From Eledone cirrhosa (taxonomy: Eukaryota): a DNA stretch of 64,000 nt. Shown in pieces: positions 1 to 12,357 of this stretch (positions are counted from its first letter, which is position 1; the number at the start of each line of letters is the position of its first letter). The stretch is from NCBI GenBank assembly GCA_964016885.1, contig OZ024757.1:8122001-8186000 (forward strand), read 5' to 3'. The position numbers and the translations under genes are program-made. Under the pieces are notes generated by a model. That model did no database searches. It saw only the letters and a program-made list of their open reading frames with translations, and was not told where the DNA came from.

Positions 1-210
1 TATATTTCCCTCAACTGTGATTTCAGTTAATAGTCTTCAAATGATGATAAATAGAGGTGATGTATCCGAGATTGAAAATAATAATTTATCCCAATGTCAT
101 CTGGTATTCTGAAATAAGAAAGAAACAGTATGAGATAATAGAGAATACTTAAGAAGCAGAGATAGATTTAACAGTGGAAATTTTATATTTCTATATTGGT
201 AGACTGTAGA
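1..210 (-). other. Splice acceptor and start of exon 2 of a C2H2-ZNF paralog (ZNF-A) that continues off the left edge
   Basis: 32-210 is near-identical to 14889-15066, which precedes the ZNF ORF at 14279. The minus strand reads ctgtttctttcttatttcag|AATACC, with the AG at 110-109. Confidence 0.6.
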
Positions 211-489
211 TATCAACTTTCCTGTCCAGAGTAATTCTCTCCAATGCAAACAGTGGTATTCCAGCATGCTCTATAAATGTTATCCTTCTATCTCTAGAGA
301 AGTCTGCTCTATGGCAGTTTAGTGAAAAATTCCTTCTGATAGGACTCTCTAACATAGCTATTATCTCCTCTCCTGTTGACATGACAACAACAGTTTAACT
401 TCCATCTTTTTATTAGTAGGAATCAATTGTTTCTCTATATCTTTTTCTTACTTCTTTTCTATCTTCCTCTGGGAGAAATCGGCTGTGTT

Positions 490-1612
490 TATCCTTTGCA
501 GTTGCTGCCCATGTCTTACTACCATGCAGCATCGCACATCGGCATCATATAACCATCCTTTCGTATGCAGGGACAAACCCTTCTTTGTCAACAGAGAAAG
601 CAGCTCCCTAGACTTCTTCCAACCCATCCTTATTCTAGATACTATGGCCTCGGAACACCCCTCCCATGCTAATCTGATCACCTAGGTACCGGAAGCTATC
701 AACCACATCTATAGAACCCACCTGTATTTGAAAAATGTGTTTATCACTGCGATTACTACTGCCAACTTTCCCTATACATCTACTGCATACATAGTTATCC
801 CTACCTGTTGGTTTGCCTGCTATCCCACTACATCTCTTGTGTACCCAACATCTGCATTGCGTACATTTTATGGAATTTATGCCAGTTCCTTTCCCACATA
901 TCGAACATGGCCATTTCCACGATGGAATCAGAGTTTTGTCCTCTTTTCTACTCATCAACACTTTTGTTTAAGCTATGTTCACTCTCAGGCCTCCTGATTC
1001 CAACTGCTGTTTCCATAGCCAGAATTTATTCTCTAACCCCTCTACTGATTCGCTGATTCTGCTATAAGAACCAGATCATCAGCATAGAGAAGTTCCCATG
1101 GGCATCCAGTCTTAAACTCCTTTGTTATGGCTTTTAGGCCTATAACGAACAAGAGTAGGCTGAGGACCGAACCTTGACGTACACCTACTTGTATCTGGAA
1201 TTCCTCACTAAACTCCATTCCTACCCTCACTTTACTGACAGCACCCCTGTACATAGCTAGCACTGTCCTCACAAGCCATTCCTCTACACCTAGTTTCCTT
1301 AGGGACCACCAGATGACAGATCAGGGTACCCTATCAAAGGCCCTCTCTAGGTCAATAAAAGATATGTATAGTGACTTATTCTTCTCTAAGAACCTCCTTG
1401 TAGTTGCCTCACTATGAAGAGGGTTTCTGTTGTACTTTTCCGAGGCACAAAACCAAACTGCATCTCATCTAAATTGACCCTTTCTCTAATCAGCTGCGCT
1501 AATATTCTCTCTGCCACTTTCATAACCTGATCCATCAGCTTTATGCCCCTATAATTGCTCCTCTCTAGAGCATCCCCTTTACCTTTGTAGCAATTTATGA
1601 GAATACTGCTGT
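490..1612 (-). mobile_element. RTE-clade LINE fragment (RT plus PHD-like finger), decayed
   Basis: GVRQGSVLS, WELLYADDLVL, KWPCSIC...WVHKRC...CSRC, DSFRYLGD; frameshifts and stops. Confidence 0.9.
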
Positions 1613-1667
1613 ACCTACATTATATGCTTTCATTATACCATTCTATTTAGATTATATATATTGATTG

Positions 1668-2125
1668 TCATCATCATCATCGTTTAACGTCTACCTTCCA
1701 TGCTGGCATGGGTTTATATGGGAATTGTCCCACTTGAGGCAAGATTGGTCGGGTGACCGTATCTCACTTGTATAGGACTAGATGGCGGGTTTTCTATGGC
1801 TGGATATCCTTCCTAACACCAACCCCGTTTACAGTGTGGACTGGGAGGTTTTTACCATGTTACCTACACGGCCACATTACAGCGTGGACTGTGTGTTTTT
1901 TTGTCGTGACACCTACACGATCTCATTTATTTAGGACAGGATGTTGTGGTACCAACATAACTTTACAGAGATAGGGTGGTTTTGATGGGGTGGAATAGGG
2001 GTAGTGGGATGTATATTTGGTTAAGAGGTGCCTACTGACTGTAGGTTTCGCTATGTACATAGGCAAGGCAGATCTTCTGTATTACTGAGTAGCGCCAAAG
2101 ATCTCGGTCCAGTGACATTGTCTTA
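1668..2125 (-). mobile_element. RTE 3' end (3'UTR and (GAT)n tail)
   Basis: catcatcatcatcgtttaacgtc...catgctggcatggg, matching the 3' end of the long copy at 37372-37830. Confidence 0.85.
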
Positions 2126-2152
2126 ATGTATATATATATATATACACACAAT

Positions 2153-2183
<31 letters not shown>

Positions 2184-2423
2184 GTGTGTGTGTTAAACTG
2201 TTTATATACACGCATTATTCAACCTGCCCTTTGTTTTGAGGAAAAAGCCTTTAGTAAGTTGCAGTGGTAGTAACATCCTGAACCTTTTCCATTCCATGTT
2301 CACTCAGGCTGCTCTACTTTCAGAACCCCCCCCCTCCACTGATTGTATCATCACCCAGGTAACAGAATCTGTCTACCTCTTCTATGTGACCCTCCAACAG
2401 TTTGTTAGGGCTTGTTTCCTGTG

Positions 2424-2635
2424 AAGGCGTGCGGCTGAGTGGTTAGAGAATTGGATTCGCAATCGTGAGGTTGTGAGTTTGATTCACCGACCGGGTGATG
2501 TGTTATGTCTTTGAGCAAGACATTTTATTTCACATTACTCCTTCTACCTGGAGTTGTGACTGATAGGTAGTATTAGCAATTGGAAAGACCAATGGAAACA
2601 TTGTTTCCTCGGTCCAATTTGACGAAAGTCAATCG
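2424..2635 (+). mobile_element. tRNA-derived CORE-type SINE
   Basis: A-box-like ggctgagtggttag, degenerate B-box gagtttgattc, CORE-like tgtctttgagcaagaca; same family as 11460-11670. Confidence 0.75.
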
Positions 2636-4165
2636 TTGCTTCCTGTGAATGTTTGCTGCCTACTGCTCCTGTGCAATGGCCACATGTAAAACCTATATTC
2701 TTAGCTAACCTACCTGAGATCCCACTACATCTCTTGTGTATCCATTGTTTGTATTTTGGACAGAGAATGGAATTTCTACCTACACCTTTCTAGCACACAG
2801 AGCAAGGCCATTTTTCTGAGGGTATCAGGGCCCTGTTTTCCCTTCTACTGATACTTGGCTGGCTAACCCAGACATAGTCCTCAACAAATGAAACACTAGT
2901 GGAGTCGTAGGGGTACACTAAGTGACATACAGTATTTCTCAGGCATATTTAAAAACCTGATGGAGCCCATAACCTCTCTCGTTTGAACAGAATTGAGATC
3001 TGAATAAAACTTCAAGTGAAATCAGATATTGTATGGATTCATATAGACTCGTAACTCCTGGTCTAAACACAGCCGATTTCTCCCAGAGGAAGATAGAAAA
3101 GAAGTAAGAAAAAGATGTAGAGGAACAATTGACTCCTACTAATAAAAAGATGGAAGTTAAACTGTTGTTGTCATGTCACCAGGAGAGGAGATAATAGCTG
3201 AGGCCTGAGAGTGAACATAGCTTAAACAAAAGTGTTGATGAGTAGAAAAGAGGACAAAACTCTGATTCCATCGTGGAAATGGCCATGTTCGATATGTGGG
3301 AAAGGAACTGGCATAAATTCCATAAAATGTACGCAATGCAGATGTTGGGTACACAAGAGATGTAGTGGGATAGCAGGCAAACCAACAGTTAGGGATAACT
3401 ATGTATGCAGTAGATGTACAAGGAAAGTTGGCAGTAGTAATCGCAGTGATAAACACATTTTTCAAATACAGGTGGGTTCTATAGATGTGGTTGATAGCTT
3501 CCGGTACCTAGGTGATCAGATTAGCATGGGAGGGGTGTTCCGAGGCCATAGTATCTAGAATAAGGATGGGTTGGAAGAAGTCTAGGGAGCTGCTTTCTCT
3601 GTTGACAAAGAAGGGTTTGTCCCTGCATACGAAAGGATGGTTATATGATGCCGATGTGCGATGCTGCATGGTAGTAAGACATGGGCAGCAACTGCAAAGG
3701 ATAAACACAGCCGATTTCTCCCAGAGGAAGATAGAAAAGAAGTAAGAAAAAGATATAGAGAAACAATTGATTCCTACTAATAAAAAGATGGAAGTTAAAC
3801 TGTTGTTGTCATGTCACCAGGAGAGGAGATAATAGCTATGTTAGAGAGTCCTATCAGAAGGAATTTTTCACTAAACTGCCATAGAGCAGACTTCTCTAGA
3901 GATAGAAGGATAACATTTATAGAGCATGCTGGAATACCACTGTTTGCATTGGAGAGAATTACTCTGGACAGGAAAGTTGATATCTACAGTCTACCAATAT
4001 AGAAATATAAAATTTCCACTGTTAAATCTATCTCTGCTTCTTAAGTATTCTCTATTATCTCATACTGTTTCTTTCTTATTTCAGAATACCAGTTGACATT
4101 GGGATAAATATGATATTATTTTCAATCTCGGATACATCACCTCTATTTATCATCATTTGAAGACT

Positions 4166-4475
4166 GGAGAGAAGCAAGCATGCTCCGTTGGATGTGCAAT
4201 GTCAATGTGTGTGAATGACCAAGCATAGACGAGTTGAGAAAGAAACTGGGTATTAGAGGGATAAGTTGTGGTGTGCAGGAGAGAAGACTGAGATGGTATG
4301 GACATGTGACCACTGGGTAAAGAAGTGCCAAATAATCCCAGTAGTAGGAAGACGCAGAAGAGGTAGACCACGTAAAACATGGGCGGAGGTGGTGAGAGAA
4401 GACCTCAGATTGCTGAAACTCACCGAGGAGATGACAAGTGGAGAGATGCTGTGCTGAATAGGACCTGTCCCACCC
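4166..4475 (+). mobile_element. RTE C-terminal fragment
   Basis: MLRWMCN...RLRWYGHV...RGRPRKTW motifs. Confidence 0.8.
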
Positions 4476-4639
4476 TTATACTATATACTAGTATTCCAGT
4501 GTTTAGGGAGAGACCGATAACATTGTTAGAACACATTGCAGCCTTGAAGAGCTGGTTTCAACAAGATTGGGTGATGAAAGTTATAGTTTTTGTAGTAGGA
4601 TCTTATCACATAAGGTTTCTTCAAAGATTCTTCTAGAGT

Positions 4640-4965
4640 TACAGTCATTTATATATATATGTGTGTGTTTTGAACAATGAAAATAAAACTAGAGATAAAG
4701 ATATGTTCTTAATTAGTTCATTGTTTTACGATCATTTCAGAGATTTGATTGATCATGGTAGATTGATATATTGACAAACAGGTAGTTGTTATGTCACTAA
4801 CTATTTCTAGTCTCAAAATCCCTGATCAATCACACCGTATCAATATATTGATTTACCATGATCAATCAACCCTCTGAAACGATTGTAAAACAATGAACCA
4901 TATCTCAGACTTTTGTTTTATTTTCAATGTTCAATACCCACAAACACACATATATAATTGACAAT
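4640..4965. mobile_element. Fold-back/MITE-like element with imperfect inverted arms (about 4650-4775 and 4838-4958)
   Basis: gttcattgttttacgatcatttcagag...gattgatcatggta is reverse-complemented in taccatgatcaatc...ctctgaaacgattgtaaaacaatgaac; a related piece lies at 5570-5640. Confidence 0.6.
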
Positions 4966-5063
4966 TTCTTTGGAATAATTTATAAGACTTGTGGCTGGAA
5001 CAAAGTACCAGCCAGACAGAGGGTGACCTAGTGGTGAAACAGCACAGTAGATAGAGCTATTAA

Positions 5064-5271
5064 CCCTGTAGCATTTACATTACTCTATATTTACTATTAT
5101 ATTTTCATGGTAAAGTCTTTATCTCACATAATATTGAATCTATGAGACTTTGATATTACTTATTTTGAGGACAATACATTAACATCAATATGAGCAGCGA
5201 GTTACAGCCGGTTTGAACAGAAAGAAGTGAGAGAATTCTGGCTGGATATGGCCAGTTTAAATGCTAAAGGG
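5064..5271. mobile_element. piggyBac-like MITE (208 bp) inserted in an RTE fragment
   Basis: TTAA on both sides (5060-5063, 5272-5275); TIRs CCCTGTAGCATTTA / TAAATGCTAAAGGG (13/14 match). Confidence 0.75.
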
Positions 5272-5275
5272 TTAA

Positions 5276-6592
5276 AGACAAGTGACAGGCATGGAAATAC
5301 AGGAAAAATAGGGGCGTCAGACCAGGACCAGGTAGCTAAGAGAGAAGCTAGAAGACAGGTAGACATAACGCAGAGAGAGGCTGAAAAAAGAAAGTTTGCC
5401 AATGTGTTGAGACATGAGAATGAGAGGTGTGAAGTGTTCCACATTGCAAGACAGGGAAAGGTGTGTTAGAAATGACACTGGTACACGTAGCACCACTGAT
5501 GCTCAAAAGAAAGAGGCCTGGAAATGTTACTATGAGAGATTGATGAATGTAGAGAATAAATTAAGAAGCAATCTTAGACTTTTGTTTTATGTTCATTGTT
5601 CAACACACATACACATATAATTGACATTCTCTTTGGAATTACTGATGAAATTTGTTAGTGACACAACGACAAGAGAGGTTCCTAGCCAAGATTAAGCTGC
5701 AATATTTAGCTTTTATAGATCTAGAAAAGGCCTTTGACAGAGTACCTTACTCTATTATCTGGTGGTCCTTCAGAAAATTAGGTGGAGAATGGCTTTTGAG
5801 AGCAGTGCAAGTCATGTACAGAGGAGCTGTCAGTAAAGCAAGAGTAGGAAGGGGGTTTAGTGAAGAATTCAATGTGCAGGTAGGTGTTCATCATGGTTCA
5901 GTTCACAACCCACTGCTGTTCATCATAGTTCTCCAGGCCATAACCAATGGGTTTAAGACTGGCTGTTCATGAGAAAAGGTCTATGTGAATGATCTCGTCC
6001 TTATAGCTGAATCCATAAAAGAACTAGAGAATAAGTGACCCTACTGCATATGTAGGAAAGAAGTAGGCATAAACTGTACACAATGATAGCTTCCGCTATC
6101 TAGGTAACCTAATTAGCAGCAGGAGGGTGCTTCGTAAGAGAGGATAGGATTGAAGTTTAGAGAGCTACTTCCACTGTTGGCAAATACAGGTTTCTCCCTA
6201 CGTACAAAGATGTTGGCTGTACAATGCCTGTGTGTAAAGTGCAATATTGCATGGAAGTGAAACATGGGCAGTAACTGCAGAAGACATGCATAAGGTGGAG
6301 AGAAATGGAGCAACCATGCTTCGATGGGTGTGCAACGTAAATGTGAGAGGAAGGCAGAGCTTGGATAAAATGAGGAAGAAATTGGTAATCACTGGTTAAA
6401 GAAGTGCTACGGAAAACCAGAGAAGGGAAGCCATACTAGAGGGAGACCAGGGTAGATGTGGTGAGAGCTGATCTCAAATTGCTGAGACTCACAGATGACG
6501 AAGGAACAAGCGAGTGGGGAGATGTTGTGCTTAAAAGGACCCATCCAACCCATGCCAGGATTAAAAAACGGACGTAAAACTATGATGATGTA
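5276..6592 (+). mobile_element. Old, internally deleted RTE LINE
   Basis: REARRQV, YLAFIDLEKAFDRVP, GVHHGSV, LHGSETWAV and a tgatgatg tail. Confidence 0.85.
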
Positions 6593-6651
6593 GATGAAGT
6601 AAATTAAATCAAGATAGATTTAGACTAAAACGAACAAAACTTCCCTGAAAC

Positions 6652-7433
6652 AACAAGGTACAACTAAATATAAAATATATCTTATAATGTAAGGTAGTGA
6701 ACCACATAATTAAATAGACGGAGGTAATTTAAATAATAAAGATATCTTTAATTTTGTAACAAATAACACTTCCTTCTCCAAGCCTAGATTCGAAACCGAA
6801 TCTAAGAATTCTCGCTGTTCAAAATCACGACGACAGGCGCCAAAGAAAGGTTTTTTCTTTGTCCTGTCAAAAAGTGATTGATCGCCTCCCTTTGACCTAC
6901 GACCTCAGCTAGGTCAAGCCAAAGTCAAATTGACCGAAGGACGTAGAAACCCTGTTGCTGTATGTCTATCATTCTAGCCACCGCAACATTATATATATGA
7001 GAGTCAAGGGAAACCCAGGATAGAAAGCTGGTCTGACAACACACAGAGAGACCTACTATGTCAGATGAACTACACACACATACTCACACAAACATATTCA
7101 TTCTAACACACCAGTTCCACAAATGTATCCTGGTTCTATTTTCTAACAGCTCGTAGCAGTTGTCAACATTAACATTTTTGTATGTAGTAAAGCATGATGT
7201 GTACATAACCACAAATTAAGTTCCAGTTAAATAAATTATTTTTATAATGATTCCATTCACCTACTTGTTCATTATTCCGGCATACACATCCCTTATCAAT
7301 ATTTCACCATTATACACAACCACTACAATTTACTTAAAGCAATAACAAGGTACAGTTAAATATAAAATATATTTTATAATGTAAGGTAGTGAACCACATA
7401 ATTAAATAGACGGAGGTAATTTAAATAATAAAG
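6652..7433 (+). repeat. Direct repeat of about 90 bp (6652-6742 and 7345-7433)
   Basis: aacaaggtaca...aatgtaaggtagtgaaccacataattaaatagacggaggtaatttaaataataaaga occurs twice. Confidence 0.85.
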
Positions 7434-8340
7434 ACAGTCATGATAACAATATATTTTATATCACATGTAACAGTGGAATCTGGTTAATTACTGGATCGTT
7501 GCAGGGGTCACATCATTATATTATTTACACACATTAATATAGACATTAAGTAAATCTTTGTCAACTTACCTCCTTCACATATAATCAATGTGTTGTGTTG
7601 TTAGTTGTTACTAAACAACCAAAGAAATAATCTCTTTGTTATCAAATTAGAAGTTTCAATGTTATCAGCTTTATTTCACGACATTAAAGTTGGTGTATCT
7701 TCTTCATCAAATCTGTAGCTAAAGACATAAAGTCAGCCTCATTACTTCATTCTGACAAGATATCAATTTATAACTAAAGATGAAGAAGATACACCAACTT
7801 TAGTCATAAATTGATATCTTGTCAGAATGAAGTAATGAGGCTGACTTTATGTCTTTAGCTACAGATTTGATCGGAAATATATATATATTAGGTTGATATG
7901 TGGTCTAAAATATATATATTGTCTATAAATGACTGATAGCAGATGTTCTGGTGAAATAGTAGTTTTACTACTACAGATTGTAATGGAACTCCTAGTAGAC
8001 ACAATTGTAAAGTAAGAATAGATATGACAGTGTAAGACCGATATCGGGGAGAAAAAACTGTGTATATATATATATATATATATAATTGTTACACAAGATA
8101 TAATTAGATTGAGAAGGCAACAGGTACTCGATGTCGTTGGAAATGATTTAACTCCCTTACCGGTGTCATTAGTTAAAAGTCCCTGATATAATTTAATACG
8201 TTCAGACAGTTCCAATAGTATTTAACCGATAGTAAATGAAAAGGTATCACTCAGTAAAATATCAATTATATATCAATGTAGTGTCTCTGACTGCTAGAAA
8301 TAGCAGTGAAATTATCCATTACAGACTTTTCTTTCTTTAA
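7405..8340 (-). promoter_or_regulatory. Putative promoter and non-coding first exon of ZNF-A; paralog of 22945-23830
   Basis: About 900 bp collinear with 22945-23830; conserved minus-strand donor gaaggag|gtaagt at 7570. Confidence 0.5.
7706..7871. repeat. 74-bp-stem hairpin created by a 90-bp inverted insertion (7709-7798)
   Basis: 7706-7779 pairs with 7798-7871 with one mismatch; the insertion is absent from the paralog at 23221-23310. Confidence 0.93.
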
Positions 8341-8956
8341 ACTCTTACGTTTAGTAGATGTTTGTGTTGAGAATGTGTGTATTTGTGTATTGTATGACGG
8401 AAGTCACCATTGAAGATGATAAAAGCAATGTTGTGGAAAATAGCATCGTACGACTTTATAATTGTTTATATATAATTTATTTACAGATTAGAAAGGTTAG
8501 AAGAATGTCTCTTGAGAGGATAGTTAATGTTATCAATAAAAAGGTTATAAAGATTTAAAGACATACGGTCAAATGGCTGAGGCGTTAGCCAGACCTGTAG
8601 AGATATCTGTTACTACACATTGTCTATGCTTGAGGAACGAAAGCAAGAGATGTTTACCTTCACGGTGTCGAGCTGCAAGAGAGAGAGAGTTTTGAATCTC
8701 CGCAGGAATTTTTCCTTCTGGGCGGATCTCGAGATACATTTTCCTACGCTGGTAGCGATTGGCTGAACTGAGCCAAACAACGCACAGAGAATGTATCCAT
8801 GAGCCCTCGGAATGTAGGTCACTACAATACCCTCCATTTAGTCTGCAAGACATTATATAAGATTGAATCAGCAGGAAAAAGGCTTAAAGAGAGGACATCA
8901 ATGAATATATATATATATGTATATATATATGTATGTATATATGATATATATATGTA

Positions 8957-9737
8957 CAGGTGTGGACGATATTTGGTCGCAATTTTCAACTACTCATTTT
9001 ATGCAAATTTTTTTTACTTCCGTTGTCACTCTTGTCCTCATAAAAACAGTGACTATATTTCCATTATTTATTTTCAGAATAATTGATTATGAATAAATTT
9101 GAACCTCCAAATTTGTGGAAGAGACACGGAGTTCTTCTTGGAATCAGCGCCGGGAGGACAAATAAGACTAGAAGATCAACTCCCAGAACAACAGGTGGCT
9201 CGCTGTCTCATCCAAAGACGTGCCCAGAGTCATACAGATAAAGTTTCCACCGACAACATTGGTATTAGGTGTCGTCAGCAGTCAAGGTGACGTAATGCCA
9301 CATGACTGCTTCCCTGAGGGTCTCAAGCTGAACACCGATGGCTACATCCGTGTTCTGAGCGAGGGAGTAAAGCCATGGATCGACCAGGTAGCTGCAGGTA
9401 GGCCGTACATGTGGCACCAAGACTCAGCGCCCTGCCATACCAGCCGAAAGTTCCAAGCCTGGCTGTCAGAGAACTTCATCGACCTCACCTCCCCTGACAT
9501 CTGCCCTCCCAGCTTACCTGACTGCAATCCTCTCGACTTCTTTGTGTGACGCACAGTGGAATGAGACACCAACAGATCCAGCTGCAATACGAAAGACGAT
9601 CTGAAGGCCAGGATCACAAGTTCCTTTAAGGGCCTAAGACAAACTGACCCAAGTTTGATAAATAAATCTTAAAAAACAAAACTATTGTTATTTTTTCCTA
9701 GACAGTAATCTTGCGAATAATTATCGTCCGCACCCTG
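8957..9737 (+). mobile_element. Tc1/mariner DD37D (maT-type) transposon, internally deleted
   Basis: TA on both sides; TIRs CAGG-TGTGGACGATA / TATCGTCCGCACCCTG; transposase remnant WHQDSAPCH...PDCNPLD with 37 residues between the last two Asp. Confidence 0.85.
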
Positions 9738-9820
9738 TATGTAAACATATATAATATACGATATATAATATATATATACTTTGTTCATACTGCCTCTCTG
9801 TTTTGTTCCCGTTCAATTTT

Positions 9821-9889
<69 letters not shown>

Positions 9890-9899
9890 GTGTGTATAT

Positions 9900-10935
9900 A
9901 TAAAAAGGGGATGCTCTGGAGAGGAACAATTATAGGGGTATGAAACTGATGGATCGGGTTATGAAGTGGCAGAAAGTATATTAGCACAACTGATTAGAGA
10001 AAGGGTCAAACTTGATGAAATGCAGTTTAGTTTTGTGCCTGGGAAGAGAACAACAGATGCCCTCTTCTTGGTGAGACAATTGCAAGAGAGGTTCTTAGAG
10101 AAGAATAAGTCACTATACTTAACCTTTGTTGACCTAGAGAAGGCCTTTGTTAGGGTTCCCCGATATGTCATCTGGTGGTCCCTAAGGAAACTAGGTGTTG
10201 AGGAATGGCTTGTAAGGACAGTGCAAACTATGTACATGGGTGCTGTCAGTAAAGTGAGGGTAGGAATGGAGTTTAGTGAGGAATTCCAGATATAAGTAGG
10301 AGTACATCAAGGTTTGGTCCTCAGCCTGCTCTTGTTCATTATAGTCCTCCAAGCCATAACAGAGGCGTTTAAGACTGGCTGTCCATGGGAACTTCTCCAT
10401 GTTGACGATCTGGTTCTTATAGCAGAATCAGTAGAGGAGCTAGAGAATAAATTCTGGCTATGGAAACAGCAGTTGGAAGCAAGAGGACTGAGGGTGAACC
10501 TAGTTAATACAAAAGTGTTGATGAGTAGAAAAAAGGACAAAACTCTGATTCCATCAGGGAAATGGCCATGTTCAATATGCAGAAAAGGAACTGGCATAAA
10601 TTCTATAAAATACACACAATGTAGATCCTGGGTACACAAGAGATGTAGCGGGATAGCAGGCAAACTAACAGGTAGGGAGAAATATGTATGCAGTAGATGT
10701 ACAGGGAAATTAGACAGTAGAAGTCACAGTGATAGACACATTTTTCAAATGCAGGAGGGCGCTATAGAAGTGGGGGATAGCTTCCGGTACCTAGGAGATC
10801 AGATTAGCATGGGAGGAGGGTGTTCCGTGGCCATAGTATCTAGAATAAGGACGGGTTAGAGATGCTGAATAAGAACCGTCCCAAACTTGCAAGCAGGGAA
10901 AAGCGGACGTAAAATGATGATGATGATGATGATGA
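9900..10935 (+). mobile_element. RTE LINE fragment (RT, PHD-like finger, tail), between (TA)n tracts
   Basis: ORFs 9966-10295 and 10314-10859; (GAT)n tail. Confidence 0.9.
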
Positions 10936-10954
10936 TATATATATATATATATAT

Positions 10955-11185
10955 ATCATCATCATCAACACTGTTTTACGTCCGTTCTTCTATGCTAGCA
11001 TGGGTTAGACGGGTTGTCCTGTTGTGGGCAGTGTCCAGTTGGCTGACCTTGTCATGCTCATACGGGAACTGATTCTGGCTTGATTTCTACAGCTGGATGC
11101 CCTTCCTAACACCAACCTCATTTACAATGAGTGCTGGGTACATTTCTTCCATGGTGCCTACATGTCCACTTTATAGTGTGGGTTG
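10955..11185 (-). mobile_element. RTE/SINE 3' tail fragment
   Basis: catcatcatc...ttctacagctggatgcccttcctaacaccaacc. Confidence 0.75.
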
Positions 11186-11260
11186 ATATATATATAATAT
11201 ATTTAATATATATATATGTGATATATATATATAACATATATATATATATAATATAATATA

Positions 11261-11439
11261 TCTATATATCTAAAATAGAGAATGCCTAAAACTCAAGAAC
11301 CACCCAACCGATTGTTTTCAAACGTATTACGCATGTAATACTTATAGTCCTGTGAGTGTTTTGAGGAGAAAAATTTCAAATTTTCAATGCCCTAGAGACA
11401 GCATGAGGCAATTTAGCGATCTCTGGGCCATTCTGCTAG
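11261..11439 (+). mobile_element. Short non-autonomous Helitron-like element
   Basis: 5' TCTATATATCTAAAA and 3' CTAG; internal ctaaaactcaagaac..ccaaccgatt resembles invertebrate non-autonomous Helitrons (recalled, not searched). Confidence 0.45.
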
Positions 11440-11459
11440 GAATATATATATAATACATA

Positions 11460-11670
11460 TGGCTTAGTGGTTAGAGCACTGGGCTTGTAATTGAAAGGTT
11501 GTGAGTTCAATTCTCGGACTGGGTGATGTGTTATGTCCTTGAGCAAGACACTTTATTTCATGTTGCTCCTTCTACCTGGAGTTGTGACCAATAGATAGTA
11601 TTAGCAATTGGAAAGACCAATGGAAACATTGTTTCTTTGGTCCAATTTGACGAAAGTCGATCGACTGACG
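11460..11670 (+). mobile_element. tRNA-derived CORE-type SINE
   Basis: tggcttagtggttagagc (A box), gagttcaattc (B box), gtccttgagcaagacac. Confidence 0.8.
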
Positions 11671-11859
11671 ATATATGTATATATATATATTATACATATA
11701 TATATAATATATATATATATGTGTCACTTGCTGGATCTGCTAGAAGGACCCAGATAATATGAGATGTTTTCCCGGCTGTATCATATACTGCAAATCTATG
11801 CAGATGTATAATACATATATACACAAACACATAAAGATACACAAGTAATTATACACACA

Positions 11860-12357
11860 TAGAAGTGGTTGATAGCTTCTGTGATTTAATTAGCAGTGGA
11901 GGATGACTGTATAACACCTGCCAATAAAATATGATGCTGCATGGTAGTGAAACAAGGGATGTGACAGTAGAAAAAAAGTGTAGACTGGAGAGGAATGAAG
12001 CAACCATGCTTCATTGGATGTGGCATTTAAGTGTGAGAGAAAGGCAGAGCTTGGACAAGTTGAGGGAGAAGCTGGGTTTAAGAGGGATCTTAAGAGAGAA
12101 GACTGCATTGGTACGGACATGTGATACACATGGATAATGTCAGCTGGTGAAGAAGTGCCAGGACATCCCAGTAGAAGGAAGCCATAGTAGAGGTAGACCA
12201 AGAAAGACCTGGACAGAGGCTGTGTGAACTGACTTCAAATGACTGACTCTCACAGAGGAGATGACAAAGGAACACGACAAGTTGAAAGATGCCATGTCCA
12301 ACACATGGAAGCATAGAAAAACAGACATAAAAACAGTGATGATGTTGATGAAGATGA
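11860..12357 (+). mobile_element. RTE C-terminal fragment with tail
   Basis: MLHGSET...RLERNEATMLHWM...RGRPRKTW. Confidence 0.8.

Larger units (their letters stand above)
32..4165. repeat. Long inverted duplication, arms 32-993 and 3200-4165
   Basis: Mirror-image ORFs (191-382/3811-4002, 448-681/3512-3745, 635-961/3232-3558; coordinate sum 4193). Arm ends were read directly; only a few substitutions and small indels differ. Confidence 0.95.

Noticed and set aside
8391-8826. Possible solo LTR (tgtatgac...gtcactaca) upstream of ZNF-A
   Set aside because: The terminal repeat is imperfect and there is no direct TSD or second copy in the window.
11460-11530. tRNA genes at SINE heads (also 2424, 22160, 40800, 47490)
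   Set aside because: A and B boxes are present, but there is no complete cloverleaf and each runs into a SINE body.
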